Positions 10,062 to 21,489 of a stretch of DNA of 64,000 nucleotides are shown here, in pieces. How positions within the stretch are numbered: position 1 is the first letter of the stretch; every line of letters starts with the position of its first letter. The notes under the pieces are model-generated. The model searched no databases. It was given only the letters and a program-made list of their open reading frames with translations, and had not been told where the DNA came from. Origin of the DNA: an uncultured bacterium (GTDB lineage: Bacteria; Patescibacteriota; Minisyncoccia; Phycocordibacterales; Phycocordibacteraceae). The stretch covers positions 267,766-331,765 of the forward strand of contig CALFMK010000001.1 in the NCBI GenBank assembly GCA_937879955.1, in the 5' to 3' direction. Made by a program: the position numbers and the translations under genes.

Positions 10062-10673
10062 CTACGGCGCCGCGACGATGCACCGATAGTTATGTATGAG
10101 CAGGCTCGAAGGTTCGCGCGAGCGCGTGATGCTCCGCACATCAAAGCCTGCTGTCCGTAGGAGGTCATCGATCGGGCGGTCATAATGGCAGTTGCCCGAG
10201 AGGTGCTTCGTCACCGTCGTGAACGCGGTCTGCATCGAGCGCATGAAACGGTCCGGCGATGCCCCGTGATCGAAGCAGGTAAATATTCCCTGCGGCACGA
10301 GGACGCGCCGGACCTCCTGCAGCGCCCTCGCAGGGTCCGCGACGCTGCAGAGGGACCATGTCGATACGACCGAATCCACGGAGTGGTCCGGCAGAGGGAT
10401 CTCCTCCGCGCCCGCGTTGAGGAACTCGACCGGGAACGCGAGCCCGGATGCGCGGCCCCTCGCGATATCGATGAGCTCCTTCGAAGGGTCGAGCGCGTAG
10501 AGCCGGGAGACCTTCGGATAGAACCGCAGGTTATGGCCGGAACCCGAGCCGATCTCGAGCACGATCCCTGACGCGTCGGCGAGCACCTCTCGCCGACGCG
10601 CATCGAGCTCGCCAGAGCCCATCTCGGCGTCGACGAGACGCGGGACGATCGTCCTCTCATACCAAGCAGCCAT
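10062..10673 (-). CDS. Class I SAM-dependent methyltransferase
   Basis: VLEIGSGSG motif I, AEEIPLPDHSVDSVVSTWSLCSV; the track's N-terminal extension overlaps a tRNA, so start set at MAAWY. Confidence 0.9.
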   Translation of the reverse strand: MAAWYERTIVPRLVDAEMGSGELDARRREVLADASGIVLEIGSGSGHNLRFYPKVSRLYALDPSKELIDIARGRASGLAFPVEFLNAGAEEIPLPDHSVDSVVSTWSLCSVADPARALQEVRRVLVPQGIFTCFDHGASPDRFMRSMQTAFTTVTKHLSGNCHYDRPIDDLLRTAGFDVRSITRSREPSSLLIHNYRCIVAAP

Positions 10674-10689
10674 CTTCTGGATTCTAATC

Positions 10690-10718
10690 CAAAGGCCCGC
10701 GTTTTCCGCGGGCCTTTG
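10690..10718. terminator. Terminator after tRNA-Ser
   Basis: CAAAGGCCCGCG-ttttc-CGCGGGCCTTTG. Confidence 0.8.
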
Positions 10719-10731
10719 TTCTGATATCGAG

Positions 10732-10816
10732 CGGAGGCGGAGAGATTCGAACTCTCGGTACCTTTCGGTACGCCACCTTTCCAAGATGGTGCACTAGACC
10801 GCTATGCGACGCCTCC
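10732..10816 (-). tRNA. tRNA-Ser(GGA)
   Basis: GGAGGCG acceptor stem, CCATC-TTGGAAA-GGTGG anticodon arm, long variable arm GTACC-GAAA-GGTAC, GTTCGAAT. Confidence 0.95.
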
Positions 10817-10844
10817 GTGTGCGGCTGTTATACCACGGGAACCG

Positions 10845-11744
10845 CTATTTTGCCGAGCTCCCAAGGAGGGCCGCGACGCGAGCCTCCACGGGAGGGTGCG
10901 TCGCGAACAGCCGGTTCACGAACTGCCCCGCCTTGCTGCCGAACGGGTCGCCGATGAAGAGATGAGCCGTGGCGTGGTTCGCGCGGCGCATCGGGCGGCC
11001 GTCCCCGGCGATCTTCCGGAGCGCGGACGCGAGGCCTTCCGGGTAGCGCGTAAGGAGCGCACCCGACGAGTCCGCGAGGAACTCGCGGCGGCGCGAGATG
11101 GCGAGCTGGATGAGCTGGGCGGCGATCGGCGCGAGAATGATCGCGACCACCGCGAGGACCATGACGATGAGGCCGGCCTTGCTGTCGCTGTCGCGGTCCC
11201 CGCCGCCGAGGAGCGACATGCGCAGGAAGATGTCCGCGATGATGGCGACGAACCCTGCGAGCACCACCGCGACCGTCATCACGAGCATGTCCTTGTTCTG
11301 GATGTGCGAGAGCTCATGCGCGATCACGCCCTCGAGCTCGGCGCGGTCGAGGATGGCGAGGAGGCCCGTGGTCGCCGCGACCACCGCGTGCTTCTCGTCC
11401 CGGCCGGTCGCGAACGCGTTCGGCGCCGGGTCCTCGATCACGTAGAGCTTCGGCATCGGGAGCCCTGCGGTTATGGCGAGGTTCTCCGTGACGGTATAGA
11501 GGTCGAAGAACTCCTCTCTTGATGCCGGCCGCGCGCCGTTCATCGAGAGCGCGATCTTGTCGGAGAACCAGTAGCTCCCCACGTTCATGATGAGCGAGAG
11601 CGCCACCGCGCCGTACAGGATGCCGGGCGAGTCGTAATACCAGGAGATAGCCCAGCCTACGAGGACGACCACCGCGAAGAACCCGCCCATGAGGAGGTAG
11701 GTCTTGAGCACGTTTCTCGATCGCTGCTGATACAGGGTTGCCAT
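10845..11744 (-). CDS. htpX: Zinc metalloprotease HtpX (M48)
   Basis: PNAFATGR, HELSH, SRRREFLAD, FATHPP. Confidence 0.95.
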   Translation of the reverse strand: MATLYQQRSRNVLKTYLLMGGFFAVVVLVGWAISWYYDSPGILYGAVALSLIMNVGSYWFSDKIALSMNGARPASREEFFDLYTVTENLAITAGLPMPKLYVIEDPAPNAFATGRDEKHAVVAATTGLLAILDRAELEGVIAHELSHIQNKDMLVMTVAVVLAGFVAIIADIFLRMSLLGGGDRDSDSKAGLIVMVLAVVAIILAPIAAQLIQLAISRRREFLADSSGALLTRYPEGLASALRKIAGDGRPMRRANHATAHLFIGDPFGSKAGQFVNRLFATHPPVEARVAALLGSSAK

Positions 11745-11798
11745 GGCGTTCTTCCTATATAAGACGGGTAGATGACCGGAACATGTCCGGCAAGGGCG

Positions 11799-12359
11799 CT
11801 AGAAGGAGACCTTCACCGGCTCCTTGGCGGCCTGCTCGCCTTCTGAAAGCTCGAAGAGATCCATCTGCGTGAAGCCGAACGGCGCGGCGATCACGTTGCC
11901 CGGGAACTGCTCCACGGCCGTGTTGAGGGCCTGGACGTTCGTGTTGTAGAAGCGGCGGGACGCCATGATCTTGTTCTCGGTGTCCGCGAGCTCGCGCTGG
12001 AGCTCGAGGAAGTTCGCGTTGGCCTTGAGGTCGGGATAGGCCTCGGAGACCGCGAAGAGCGACTTGAGCGCGCCCGAGAGCATGTTCTCCGCTTCCGCGT
12101 GCTGCTCGATCGTCTGTGCGCCCATGGCCGCCGTGCGGGCCTCCGTCACCTTCTCGAGCGTGCCGCTCTCATGCGCGGCGTATCCCTTCACCGTCTCCAC
12201 GAGGTTCGGGATGAGGTCATAGCGGCGCTTCATCTGCACCTCGATGTCGGACCAGGCCTCCTTCGCGCGATTGCGGAGCGAGACGAATCCGTTGTAAGCG
12301 AACACGACCCAGAGCACGACGAGGGCCACGATGCCGAGCACGATGTAAAGGGTAGTCAT
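11799..12359 (-). CDS. lemA: LemA family protein
   Basis: RRYDLIPNLVETVKGYAAHE, EAYPDLKANANFL, RRFYN. Confidence 0.95.
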   Translation of the reverse strand: MTTLYIVLGIVALVVLWVVFAYNGFVSLRNRAKEAWSDIEVQMKRRYDLIPNLVETVKGYAAHESGTLEKVTEARTAAMGAQTIEQHAEAENMLSGALKSLFAVSEAYPDLKANANFLELQRELADTENKIMASRRFYNTNVQALNTAVEQFPGNVIAAPFGFTQMDLFELSEGEQAAKEPVKVSF

Positions 12360-12474
12360 ATGCAGATATTGTATGACGCCTGCGGGGGTGCGCAAGCGAT
12401 TGCTTCACGGAAGCCTCAGGAGTACTGTTTTCTAAGAACGGCCGCAGAGCCGCGTCAGATTGGAGGAAACCGCC

Positions 12475-12654
12475 ATGTATAAGTACCTTGCGAAGGACTT
12501 CGAGGGCTTTTCTCTCGAGAACGTCTGGGCGATGGTGCGGCCATACGCTGGAGAAGCGCTCGTCGTGCTCATCGTCGCCGTCATCGTCGCCGTGCTGATC
12601 GTCGTGAGCCTGCAGACGAACGACCCGGTCTCCAGGGACAACCGCGCCCGCTGA
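12475..12654 (+). CDS. Small single-TM hypothetical protein
   Basis: GGAGG RBS 8 nt upstream, hydrophobic segment, terminator downstream. Confidence 0.65.
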   Translation: MYKYLAKDFEGFSLENVWAMVRPYAGEALVVLIVAVIVAVLIVVSLQTNDPVSRDNRAR

Positions 12655-12658
12655 GACG

Positions 12659-12693
12659 AAAGACGCCGCCGACCTCCCGGTCGACGGCGTTTT
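12659..12693. terminator. Bidirectional terminator between the small ORF and groL
   Basis: AAAGACGCCG-CCGACC-tccc-GGTCG-ACGGCGTTTT imperfect hairpin. Confidence 0.7.
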
Positions 12694-12711
12694 CCTCTTT
12701 AGGGCGACGGC

Positions 12712-14702
<1,991 letters not shown>

Positions 14703-14880
14703 AGGAAAATAATTCGCGATTGCGGTTTATAAGGAATGACACTGCCCTGTCGTTCGGCCCGATTCCCCTGTCTGAGTTATCCACAGGTCGGGTCCGTGCA
14801 TTGATTTTATAGATTCCGCAGGACACCGCAACGGCCGTAGCCGGGCCGCCCCTCAGAGGCATGCTGCCCATTCCTAATAC

Positions 14881-14917
14881 TTGACATGTATATGTATATA
14901 TGCTATATATACATATA
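14881..14917 (+). promoter_or_regulatory. Sigma70 promoter overlapped by a 13-bp inverted repeat (putative operator)
   Basis: TTGACA-17 nt-TATATA with TG extension; TATATGTATATAT-gct-ATATATACATATA. Confidence 0.6.
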
Positions 14918-14949
14918 GAAAGAAACCGGCTTATGGGGAGAACCAAGCC

Positions 14950-15231
14950 ATGCTGAACCTTGACCTGCAGACCATCCTGATCGCCATCCTGTTCATCGTG
15001 GGCGCCAGCACCTCGCTCTTCGCGGTCATCCGCTGGACCGCCGCCCTGGACCTGATAGCCGCCTACGCCCTGGTCGGCCTGATCATGGCCTTCCTGGTCG
15101 CTGCGTGCATCCACGAGGGCCGGCCGGGCATGGCCGCGTTCCTCACGGCCGGCTACCTGCTGAGCAGCCTGGTGCTCACTTGGGACTATGCCCGCGAGCA
15201 CGCGCGCCGCCGCCTGGCCCTGGCCGCCTAA
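14950..15231 (+). CDS. Small 3-TM hypothetical membrane protein
   Basis: GGGGAG RBS, hydrophobic, CTG/GCC-rich codons unlike its neighbours, own terminator. Confidence 0.7.
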   Translation: MLNLDLQTILIAILFIVGASTSLFAVIRWTAALDLIAAYALVGLIMAFLVAACIHEGRPGMAAFLTAGYLLSSLVLTWDYAREHARRRLALAA

Positions 15232-15255
15232 CCGTATCGGCAATAGCCGATACCA

Positions 15256-15286
15256 GCCCCCGGAACCTAGAGTTCCGGGGGCTTTT
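15256..15286 (+). terminator. Intrinsic terminator
   Basis: AGCCCCCGGAAC-ctaga-GTTCCGGGGGCTTTT. Confidence 0.85.
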
Positions 15287-15359
15287 CATATAGAGGAGAT
15301 TTCCTGCCAGCAAAGGGTTTTGCCTTTCCTTCCCCTTTTTGGTAGTATGCGGGGCACAG

Positions 15360-15590
15360 ATGGAGACTCTTTCGGCAGCACTGCCCTACATCCAGATAGC
15401 CCTCTCCCTACTCCTCATCGTAGGTATCGTCCTGCAGAACCGCGGGGCGTCCCTCGGCGGAGCCTTCGGAGGCGATAACTTCGCGTCTACCTTCTACAAG
15501 CGCCGCGGCGCCGAGAAGTTCCTGTTCGACGCGACGATCGTGATCGCTATCCTCTTCGTAGCGTCAGCGGTCGCCGGCATCTTCTACTAA
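15360..15590 (+). CDS. secG: Preprotein translocase subunit SecG
   Basis: IVLQNRGASLGGAFGG..RRGAEKFLFDATIV, 2 TM helices. Confidence 0.92.
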   Translation: METLSAALPYIQIALSLLLIVGIVLQNRGASLGGAFGGDNFASTFYKRRGAEKFLFDATIVIAILFVASAVAGIFY

Positions 15591-15638
15591 GGGCTCGCGC
15601 GTCGCGCGTCATCTGTATTCCCTATACACCCGTCGCCT

Positions 15639-17342
15639 ATGCGACCCTCTCCCCTCTTTTCTTCATACGCTGACTCTCCGCTCTCGCGGGCGACCTCGTT
15701 CGTACGCAAGCTCTCTCCGGGCGACCGCTTCATTGCGGGCGTACTCAGCCTCTTCGTGCTCGGCACGCTCGTCGCGGGACTCATCGCGCTCGAGCGGACG
15801 TTCCTCGTGACGATCCCTGCCGACGGCGGCAGCCTCACCGAGGGCATCGTCGGGAAGCCGCGCTTCGTGAACCCGCTGCTCGCGCTCACCGACGCGGACC
15901 GCGATCTCGCCGCGCTCACCTACGCGGGACTCATGGGCATCGACGGCGACGGCAACCTCACGCCGGTACTCGCCGAAAGCTATAGCGTCTCTGACGACGG
16001 GACGGTATATACGTTCATCCTGCGCGCAGGCGCGGCGTTCTCGGACGGCACGCCCGTCACCGCGGACGACGTGGTCTTCACCGTCGAGAAGGCGCAGGAC
16101 CCGGCGCTCCGTTCCCCGGAGCTCGCGAACTGGGCGAACATCCGTGCCGAGACTATCGACAGCCGAACGGTCTCGTTCACGCTCCCGAAGCCGTACGCGC
16201 CGTTCCTCGCGGACACCACGCTCGGCATCCTCCCTGCCAACAAGTGGCGGAACGTGCCGGTGGACGAGTTCTCGTTCTCGCCGCTCATGATAGAGCCCGT
16301 GGGCGCCGGACCCTTCACGGTCACGCGCGTCGAGCGCGACAAGGACGGCAGCGTGACCGCCTACGACCTCAAGGCCTCGGAGCGGTACGCCCTCGGCCGT
16401 CCGCATCTCGACCGCATCCGCATCCGCTTCTATGACGACGTATCGGCGCTCGCCGACGCGTACGAGCGCGGCAAGGTCGAGAGCGCGTACGGCATCCCGG
16501 TAGAGGGCGCGCTCAAGGCGCCGTATTCCCGCGTCTTCGGCGCGTTCTTCAACGGCGACGTGAACCCGGTCTTCGCCCATGCGGAGGTGCGCGAGGCGCT
16601 CTCGCTTGCGGTTGACCGTGACCGCATCGTGAACCAGGTGCTCGGCGGGTACGCGACGCCGCTCACGGGACCGGTGCCGCCTGGCTCCGGCATCGAGGAG
16701 CCTGTGCTCCCTGAGGGCGACGGCGTCGCGCTCGCGACCGAGGTGCTCGAGGACGCGGGCTGGAGCCGCGACGAGGAGACGGGCGCCTGGGAGAACGCGG
16801 GCGAGAAGCTGCAGCTTTCGTCCGTGACGCTCAAGACCTCGAACGTCGCGGAGCTGAAGGCGATCGCCGCGTCGATCGAGAGCGACTGGGAGCGCCTCGG
16901 CGTCCCTACCGAGGTGGAGCTGTACGAGCCGGGCGACCTCGCGTCGTCGGTGATACGCCCGCGCGCGTACGAGGTGCTCCTCTTCGGCATGGTGATCGGC
17001 CGGGACCGCGACCTGTTCGCGTTCTGGGACTCCGGCGAGCGCAGCGATCCGGGCCTCAACATCGCCGGCTACGCGAACCGGGCCGTGGACCAGCTCCTCG
17101 AGCGGGTACGCCAGGAGCGCGACCAGGCGGCAGCGCACGAGGACCTGCAGGAGCTCTCGACGCTCATCGCGAACGATTATCCGGCTGCCTTTACGCACGC
17201 ACCGGACTTCCTGTATGCTATCCCTAACAGCGTTCACGGCGTACGCCTCCCCCAGATAGCATCGCCTTCGGACAGGTATGCGACCGTAGCGCAGTGGTAT
17301 AGGAACACGGAAGAAGTGTGGCCCGTATTCGCCCCTCAGTGA
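15639..17342 (+). CDS. Peptide ABC transporter substrate-binding protein (family 5)
   Basis: LAESYSVSDDGTVYTFILR..FSDGTPVTADDVVFT, PVGAGPF. Confidence 0.92.
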   Translation: MRPSPLFSSYADSPLSRATSFVRKLSPGDRFIAGVLSLFVLGTLVAGLIALERTFLVTIPADGGSLTEGIVGKPRFVNPLLALTDADRDLAALTYAGLMGIDGDGNLTPVLAESYSVSDDGTVYTFILRAGAAFSDGTPVTADDVVFTVEKAQDPALRSPELANWANIRAETIDSRTVSFTLPKPYAPFLADTTLGILPANKWRNVPVDEFSFSPLMIEPVGAGPFTVTRVERDKDGSVTAYDLKASERYALGRPHLDRIRIRFYDDVSALADAYERGKVESAYGIPVEGALKAPYSRVFGAFFNGDVNPVFAHAEVREALSLAVDRDRIVNQVLGGYATPLTGPVPPGSGIEEPVLPEGDGVALATEVLEDAGWSRDEETGAWENAGEKLQLSSVTLKTSNVAELKAIAASIESDWERLGVPTEVELYEPGDLASSVIRPRAYEVLLFGMVIGRDRDLFAFWDSGERSDPGLNIAGYANRAVDQLLERVRQERDQAAAHEDLQELSTLIANDYPAAFTHAPDFLYAIPNSVHGVRLPQIASPSDRYATVAQWYRNTEEVWPVFAPQ

Positions 17343-17446
17343 TCAGTCGATAGCCCAGAGATCACGGTCTCCTGGCTGCCTAGTGCGCACTGAACCATTT
17401 ACGACATCGTGCGACCGAATTTATCTAGCACCTAACTACTATCATC

Positions 17447-19381
17447 ATGTCAGCAGCACCAGCGCCGGCCCCTGCGCCGAGCCCACGTTCCCAGAAGCCT
17501 GAAGCAAGCGCTCCCTCGCCCCGTTCCGGCGCCCCCCGCGAAGGCGGACGCACGCGCAGCCGCGGCTCTCGCGGCGGACGCGGCAACCGCGGAGGCGCAG
17601 GACGCTCCCAGGGCCGCGGCGGACGCCCTGATTCGCGCCCAATGAACGCGTCCGGCGAGGGCATGCCAGCCAAGCGCGCGCCCGAGTACCTCCCGGCGGC
17701 TCCCGGCAAGGACGTCGTCCGCATCGTGCCGCTCGGCGGCGTCGAGGAGGTGGGACGCAACATGTTCACCGTCGAGACCAACGGCGACATCTTCGTCTTT
17801 GACGTCGGTTTCCAGTTCGTGTCCGAGGACACGCAGCCGGGCGTCGACTACGTCCTCCCGAACACCAAGTACCTCGAGGTGAACAAGGACCGCATCCGCG
17901 GCATCTTCATCACGCACGGCCACCTCGACCACATCGGCGGCATCCCGTTCCTCATGGAGCGCATGGGCAATCCTCCTATCTATACCCAGAACCTCTCCGC
18001 GGTGATGATCAAGAAGCGCCAGGAGGAGTATCCTGACCAGCCCGAGCTCAACGTCGTGACCGTCGACCCGAGCTCGACCATGACCATCGGCTCGACCAAG
18101 GTGCAGTTCTTCCCGGTGACCCACTCGATCCCGGACTCCATGGGCATCGCGATAGAGACCCCGTACGGAAACGTCATCGCCACCGGAGACTTGAAGCTCG
18201 ACCACGAGAACGGCATCCCGACGGAGGCCGAGCAGAAGAAGTGGGGCGCGATCGGCGCGCAGAAGAACCTCTTCTTCATCGCCGACTCCACGAACGCGGA
18301 GCGCGACGGATTCTCCGTCCCTGAGCGCAAGGTGCACGAGACCCTCGAGGACATCATCAAGACCGTGAAGGGCCGCCTCATCATCGGCACCTTCGCCTCG
18401 CAGTTCGAGCGCATGGTCCGCATCATCGAGATCTCCGAGTCCCTCGGCAAGAAGATTGTCACGGAAGGACGCTCGATCAAGACGAATCTCGAGATCGCGC
18501 AGAAGACCGGCCTCCTCAAGGTGAAGAAGGATACGATCATAACGGCCGCAGAGATCGGGGACTACTCGCCGGACAAGATCGTGATCCTCTCGACCGGCGC
18601 CCAGGGTGAGGAGTTCGCGGCGCTCATGCGCATCGCGACCAAGCAGCACAAGTCGATCACGCTCAACGCGCGCGATACCGTGGTGCTCTCGTCCTCGGTC
18701 ATCCCAGGCAACGAGATCGCCGTCCAGCGCCTGAAGGATAACCTGTACCGCAACGGCGTCTCGCTCATCCACTACCGTTCCTCGGACGTGCATTCCACGG
18801 GTCACGGCAACACCGGCGAGCTCATCTGGATCAACCAGAAGGTCAACGCGAAGTTCTTCATGCCGGCGTACGGCTACTACTCGATGACCGCCTCCCACGC
18901 GAAGGCTGTCGAGCAGGCAGGACGCCCGCGCGAATCCATCGTCATCGCGGATAACGGCACCGTCATCGACATCGTCGACGAGGGCACCCGCATGGAGATC
19001 CACAAGCAGAAGGTCCCGTCCGCGCCGCTCGTGGTTGACGGCTTCTCGATCGGCGACATGCAGGAGGTGGTCATCCGCGACCGCCAGATGCTCGCGAAGG
19101 ACGGCATGTTCGTCATCATCGCGACCGTCAACCTGAAGACCGGAAAGCTCCGTAAGTCCCCGGACATCATCTCTCGCGGCTTCGTGTACCTCCGCGAGAA
19201 CCAGGACATGCTCAACCAGGCGCGTCTCCTCATCAAGAAGACCGTGGAGGACGCTACCGAGGGCATGAACCCGGTGGACCTCGACTTCGTGAAGAACGCG
19301 CTCTCGGACACCATGGCCGGATACCTCTTCACGCGCACCAACAAGGCGCCGATGGTCATCCCGGTGCTCATCGGGGTCTAA
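17447..19381 (+). CDS. rnj: Ribonuclease J
   Basis: PLGGVEEVGRNM, THGHLDHIG, HSIPD, HSTGHG; disordered R/G-rich N-terminus. Confidence 0.96.
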   Translation: MSAAPAPAPAPSPRSQKPEASAPSPRSGAPREGGRTRSRGSRGGRGNRGGAGRSQGRGGRPDSRPMNASGEGMPAKRAPEYLPAAPGKDVVRIVPLGGVEEVGRNMFTVETNGDIFVFDVGFQFVSEDTQPGVDYVLPNTKYLEVNKDRIRGIFITHGHLDHIGGIPFLMERMGNPPIYTQNLSAVMIKKRQEEYPDQPELNVVTVDPSSTMTIGSTKVQFFPVTHSIPDSMGIAIETPYGNVIATGDLKLDHENGIPTEAEQKKWGAIGAQKNLFFIADSTNAERDGFSVPERKVHETLEDIIKTVKGRLIIGTFASQFERMVRIIEISESLGKKIVTEGRSIKTNLEIAQKTGLLKVKKDTIITAAEIGDYSPDKIVILSTGAQGEEFAALMRIATKQHKSITLNARDTVVLSSSVIPGNEIAVQRLKDNLYRNGVSLIHYRSSDVHSTGHGNTGELIWINQKVNAKFFMPAYGYYSMTASHAKAVEQAGRPRESIVIADNGTVIDIVDEGTRMEIHKQKVPSAPLVVDGFSIGDMQEVVIRDRQMLAKDGMFVIIATVNLKTGKLRKSPDIISRGFVYLRENQDMLNQARLLIKKTVEDATEGMNPVDLDFVKNALSDTMAGYLFTRTNKAPMVIPVLIGV

Positions 19382-19398
19382 CGACACGGATCGTTCGA

Positions 19399-19430
19399 GA
19401 AAATCCCGTCACTTTTGTGACGGGATTTTC
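19399..19430. terminator. Intrinsic terminator after rnj
   Basis: GAAAATCCCGTCAC-tttt-GTGACGGGATTTTC. Confidence 0.88.
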
Positions 19431-19466
19431 CTTTTGTCGCATGAAGGAATGCTAAACTGGTTCGTA

Positions 19467-20621
19467 ATGCATCCGCGCCTCGTCCTTTCCTTCGCGAACT
19501 TCTTCGGAGCCGCGCACTTCTTCCTGATCATCTACGTGATCGCGCCGTACCTCGCGCTCTTCATGCCCGAGAGCCAGACGGGGCTCGTCGTATCCTTCGG
19601 CGCGATCCTCACGCTCCTCGCCTTCCCGTTCATGCCCCGCCTCGTGAAGCGGCATGGCGCGAAGCATCTCGCCATCGCGCTCGCGTTCCTGCAGGGCGTA
19701 TCGATATACGTACTAACCTTCTCGCCGAGCGCGATCTTCGCCGTGCTCTGCGTCGCGATCGCCTGCGCGCTCTCCCCGCTCATCGCGTACCAGCTCGACC
19801 TCCTGCTCGAGGCGGCGACCAACGAGGAGGGGTCCACGGGACGCATACGCACCCTCTTCCTCACGGCAGGCAACGCGGCGCTCATATTCACGCCCCTCAT
19901 CATCGGGTATCTCCTCGACGGCACCGAGGCCTATGCGCGCATCTTCCTCGCCGCATCCCTCTCCCTCATGCCGTTCATCGTCCTGCTCATGTTCGAGCGC
20001 CTCCCTGAGGGAGAGCCGCCGAGCCTGACCGGCGTACGGTCCACCTGCTTCTGCCTCTGGCGGGATCCTGACCTGCGCGCTGCCGCCTTCGGGAACGGCG
20101 TCCTCCAGTTCTTCTATCATCTCGCGCCGCTCTACATACCCCTCTACCTGCATACGGCGCTCGGCTTCGCCTGGAGCGACCTGGGCTGGGTCTTCGCCGT
20201 CATGCTGCTGCCGTTCGTGTTCGTGGAGTATCCGGCAGGCGTGATTGCGGACCGCTGGCTCGGCGACAAGGAGCTCATGATTGCTGGCTTCGTTATAACC
20301 GGGCTCGCGTTCGGGTCCATCGCGTTCATAACGTCGAGCACGCCGCTCATTGTTGTCGCACTTATCCTGTTTGTTTCCCGCATCGGTGCGGCGCTCTCTG
20401 AGGCCATGATCGAGGGGCACTTCTTCAGGCGTGTCTCTGAAAAGGACGCGAATACCATCTCAGTCTTCCGCATGATGCGCCCGGTTGGGGCGCTCGTGGC
20501 GCCGGTCTTCGCGAGCGTACTGCTCGTCGCAGGAAACTACACCGGATTCTTCCAGGTATCAGGCGCACTTGTGGTTGCGCTCGGGATTCTCGTTACGATC
20601 CCGCTTAAGGATGTACGCTGA
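19467..20621 (+). CDS. MFS transporter
   Basis: About 12 TM helices, PAGVIADRWLGDK motif-A-like; start uncertain (19449 or 19467). Confidence 0.85.
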   Translation: MHPRLVLSFANFFGAAHFFLIIYVIAPYLALFMPESQTGLVVSFGAILTLLAFPFMPRLVKRHGAKHLAIALAFLQGVSIYVLTFSPSAIFAVLCVAIACALSPLIAYQLDLLLEAATNEEGSTGRIRTLFLTAGNAALIFTPLIIGYLLDGTEAYARIFLAASLSLMPFIVLLMFERLPEGEPPSLTGVRSTCFCLWRDPDLRAAAFGNGVLQFFYHLAPLYIPLYLHTALGFAWSDLGWVFAVMLLPFVFVEYPAGVIADRWLGDKELMIAGFVITGLAFGSIAFITSSTPLIVVALILFVSRIGAALSEAMIEGHFFRRVSEKDANTISVFRMMRPVGALVAPVFASVLLVAGNYTGFFQVSGALVVALGILVTIPLKDVR

Positions 20622-20658
20622 AGATTAGAGATAACTTGTGCCAAGTAACCTCTAATGC

Positions 20659-21390
20659 TTAGTCATAGATAGGTGCAGGATACCTAGCATGAAGAATCTC
20701 GTACTGACTTGTGCGCGGCTTCCTCACTGCATAGAAAGCGTACTGTTTACCAATCTCCAGCTCTTGACCCAACTGATTATTCATCAGAAGCGTTCCTGAG
20801 ACAGGTTGAGATATGAGTTCGCTGTACGTTATTTTAATTTTGTAGCGCTGACCTAATTTACCCTCATCTTCTTCCAATTTCTCGACAACTACACCATTGA
20901 AGGAAACCAGACTCGATAAAGACCTCGTGTCATACGCATCGTATTCTTTATCATAGACAGCCGCATAGGGATGGCCGGTTCCGACTTTTCCAAACCGAAA
21001 TCCGCGGTTAACAAGAATACGTGTTCTTCCTTGAAGATCACCTTTGTAGGATCTTCTGATGTCCACTTCATAAAGTTCAGTATCTTCTGAGGGGTCTTCC
21101 TTTTTCTCTACGATAGTCGCGCTGAAAACGTATATCTGGTCCACTGGAGGAAATACCGGTTCAGATATTTTATCCTCTGCGCTTTTTACAATCGGTATTT
21201 GAGGTGCCTGAGCCACCGGCAATTCTATGCTGTCTTTTACCTCTGTCTGCTGCCCTGGCGTATCTTGAGGCGGATTCAATATAAATAGCGCGGTATCAAA
21301 ATGCAGTGTAGATATAGCCATTACAAATGCCACCGCAGTAGCAGTAATGTCAACTATAGACCAGCTAATACTCGATATTAATCCTTGCAT
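20659..21390 (-). CDS. Low-GC exported hypothetical protein with two tandem beta-rich (OB/TIMP-like) repeats
   Basis: N-terminal hydrophobic anchor; internal duplication visible; AT-rich compared with its flanks. Confidence 0.65.
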   Translation of the reverse strand: MQGLISSISWSIVDITATAVAFVMAISTLHFDTALFILNPPQDTPGQQTEVKDSIELPVAQAPQIPIVKSAEDKISEPVFPPVDQIYVFSATIVEKKEDPSEDTELYEVDIRRSYKGDLQGRTRILVNRGFRFGKVGTGHPYAAVYDKEYDAYDTRSLSSLVSFNGVVVEKLEEDEGKLGQRYKIKITYSELISQPVSGTLLMNNQLGQELEIGKQYAFYAVRKPRTSQYEILHARYPAPIYD

Positions 21391-21489
21391 GAATTTATTA
21401 TAAGGTTTGCAAGAAGATTATAATTTACTGAGTTAAAATAATTCTGAAGAAGACACTCCTTGAATGGGGTTTTGTTCTGGTTGTAGTGG

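Noticed and set aside
14703-14760. CIRCE element upstream of groES
   Set aside because: No TTAGCACTC-N9-GAGTGCTAA match
14777-14785. Perfect DnaA box TTATCCACA upstream of groES
   Set aside because: A single copy with no box cluster and no dnaA/dnaN nearby; not enough to call oriC
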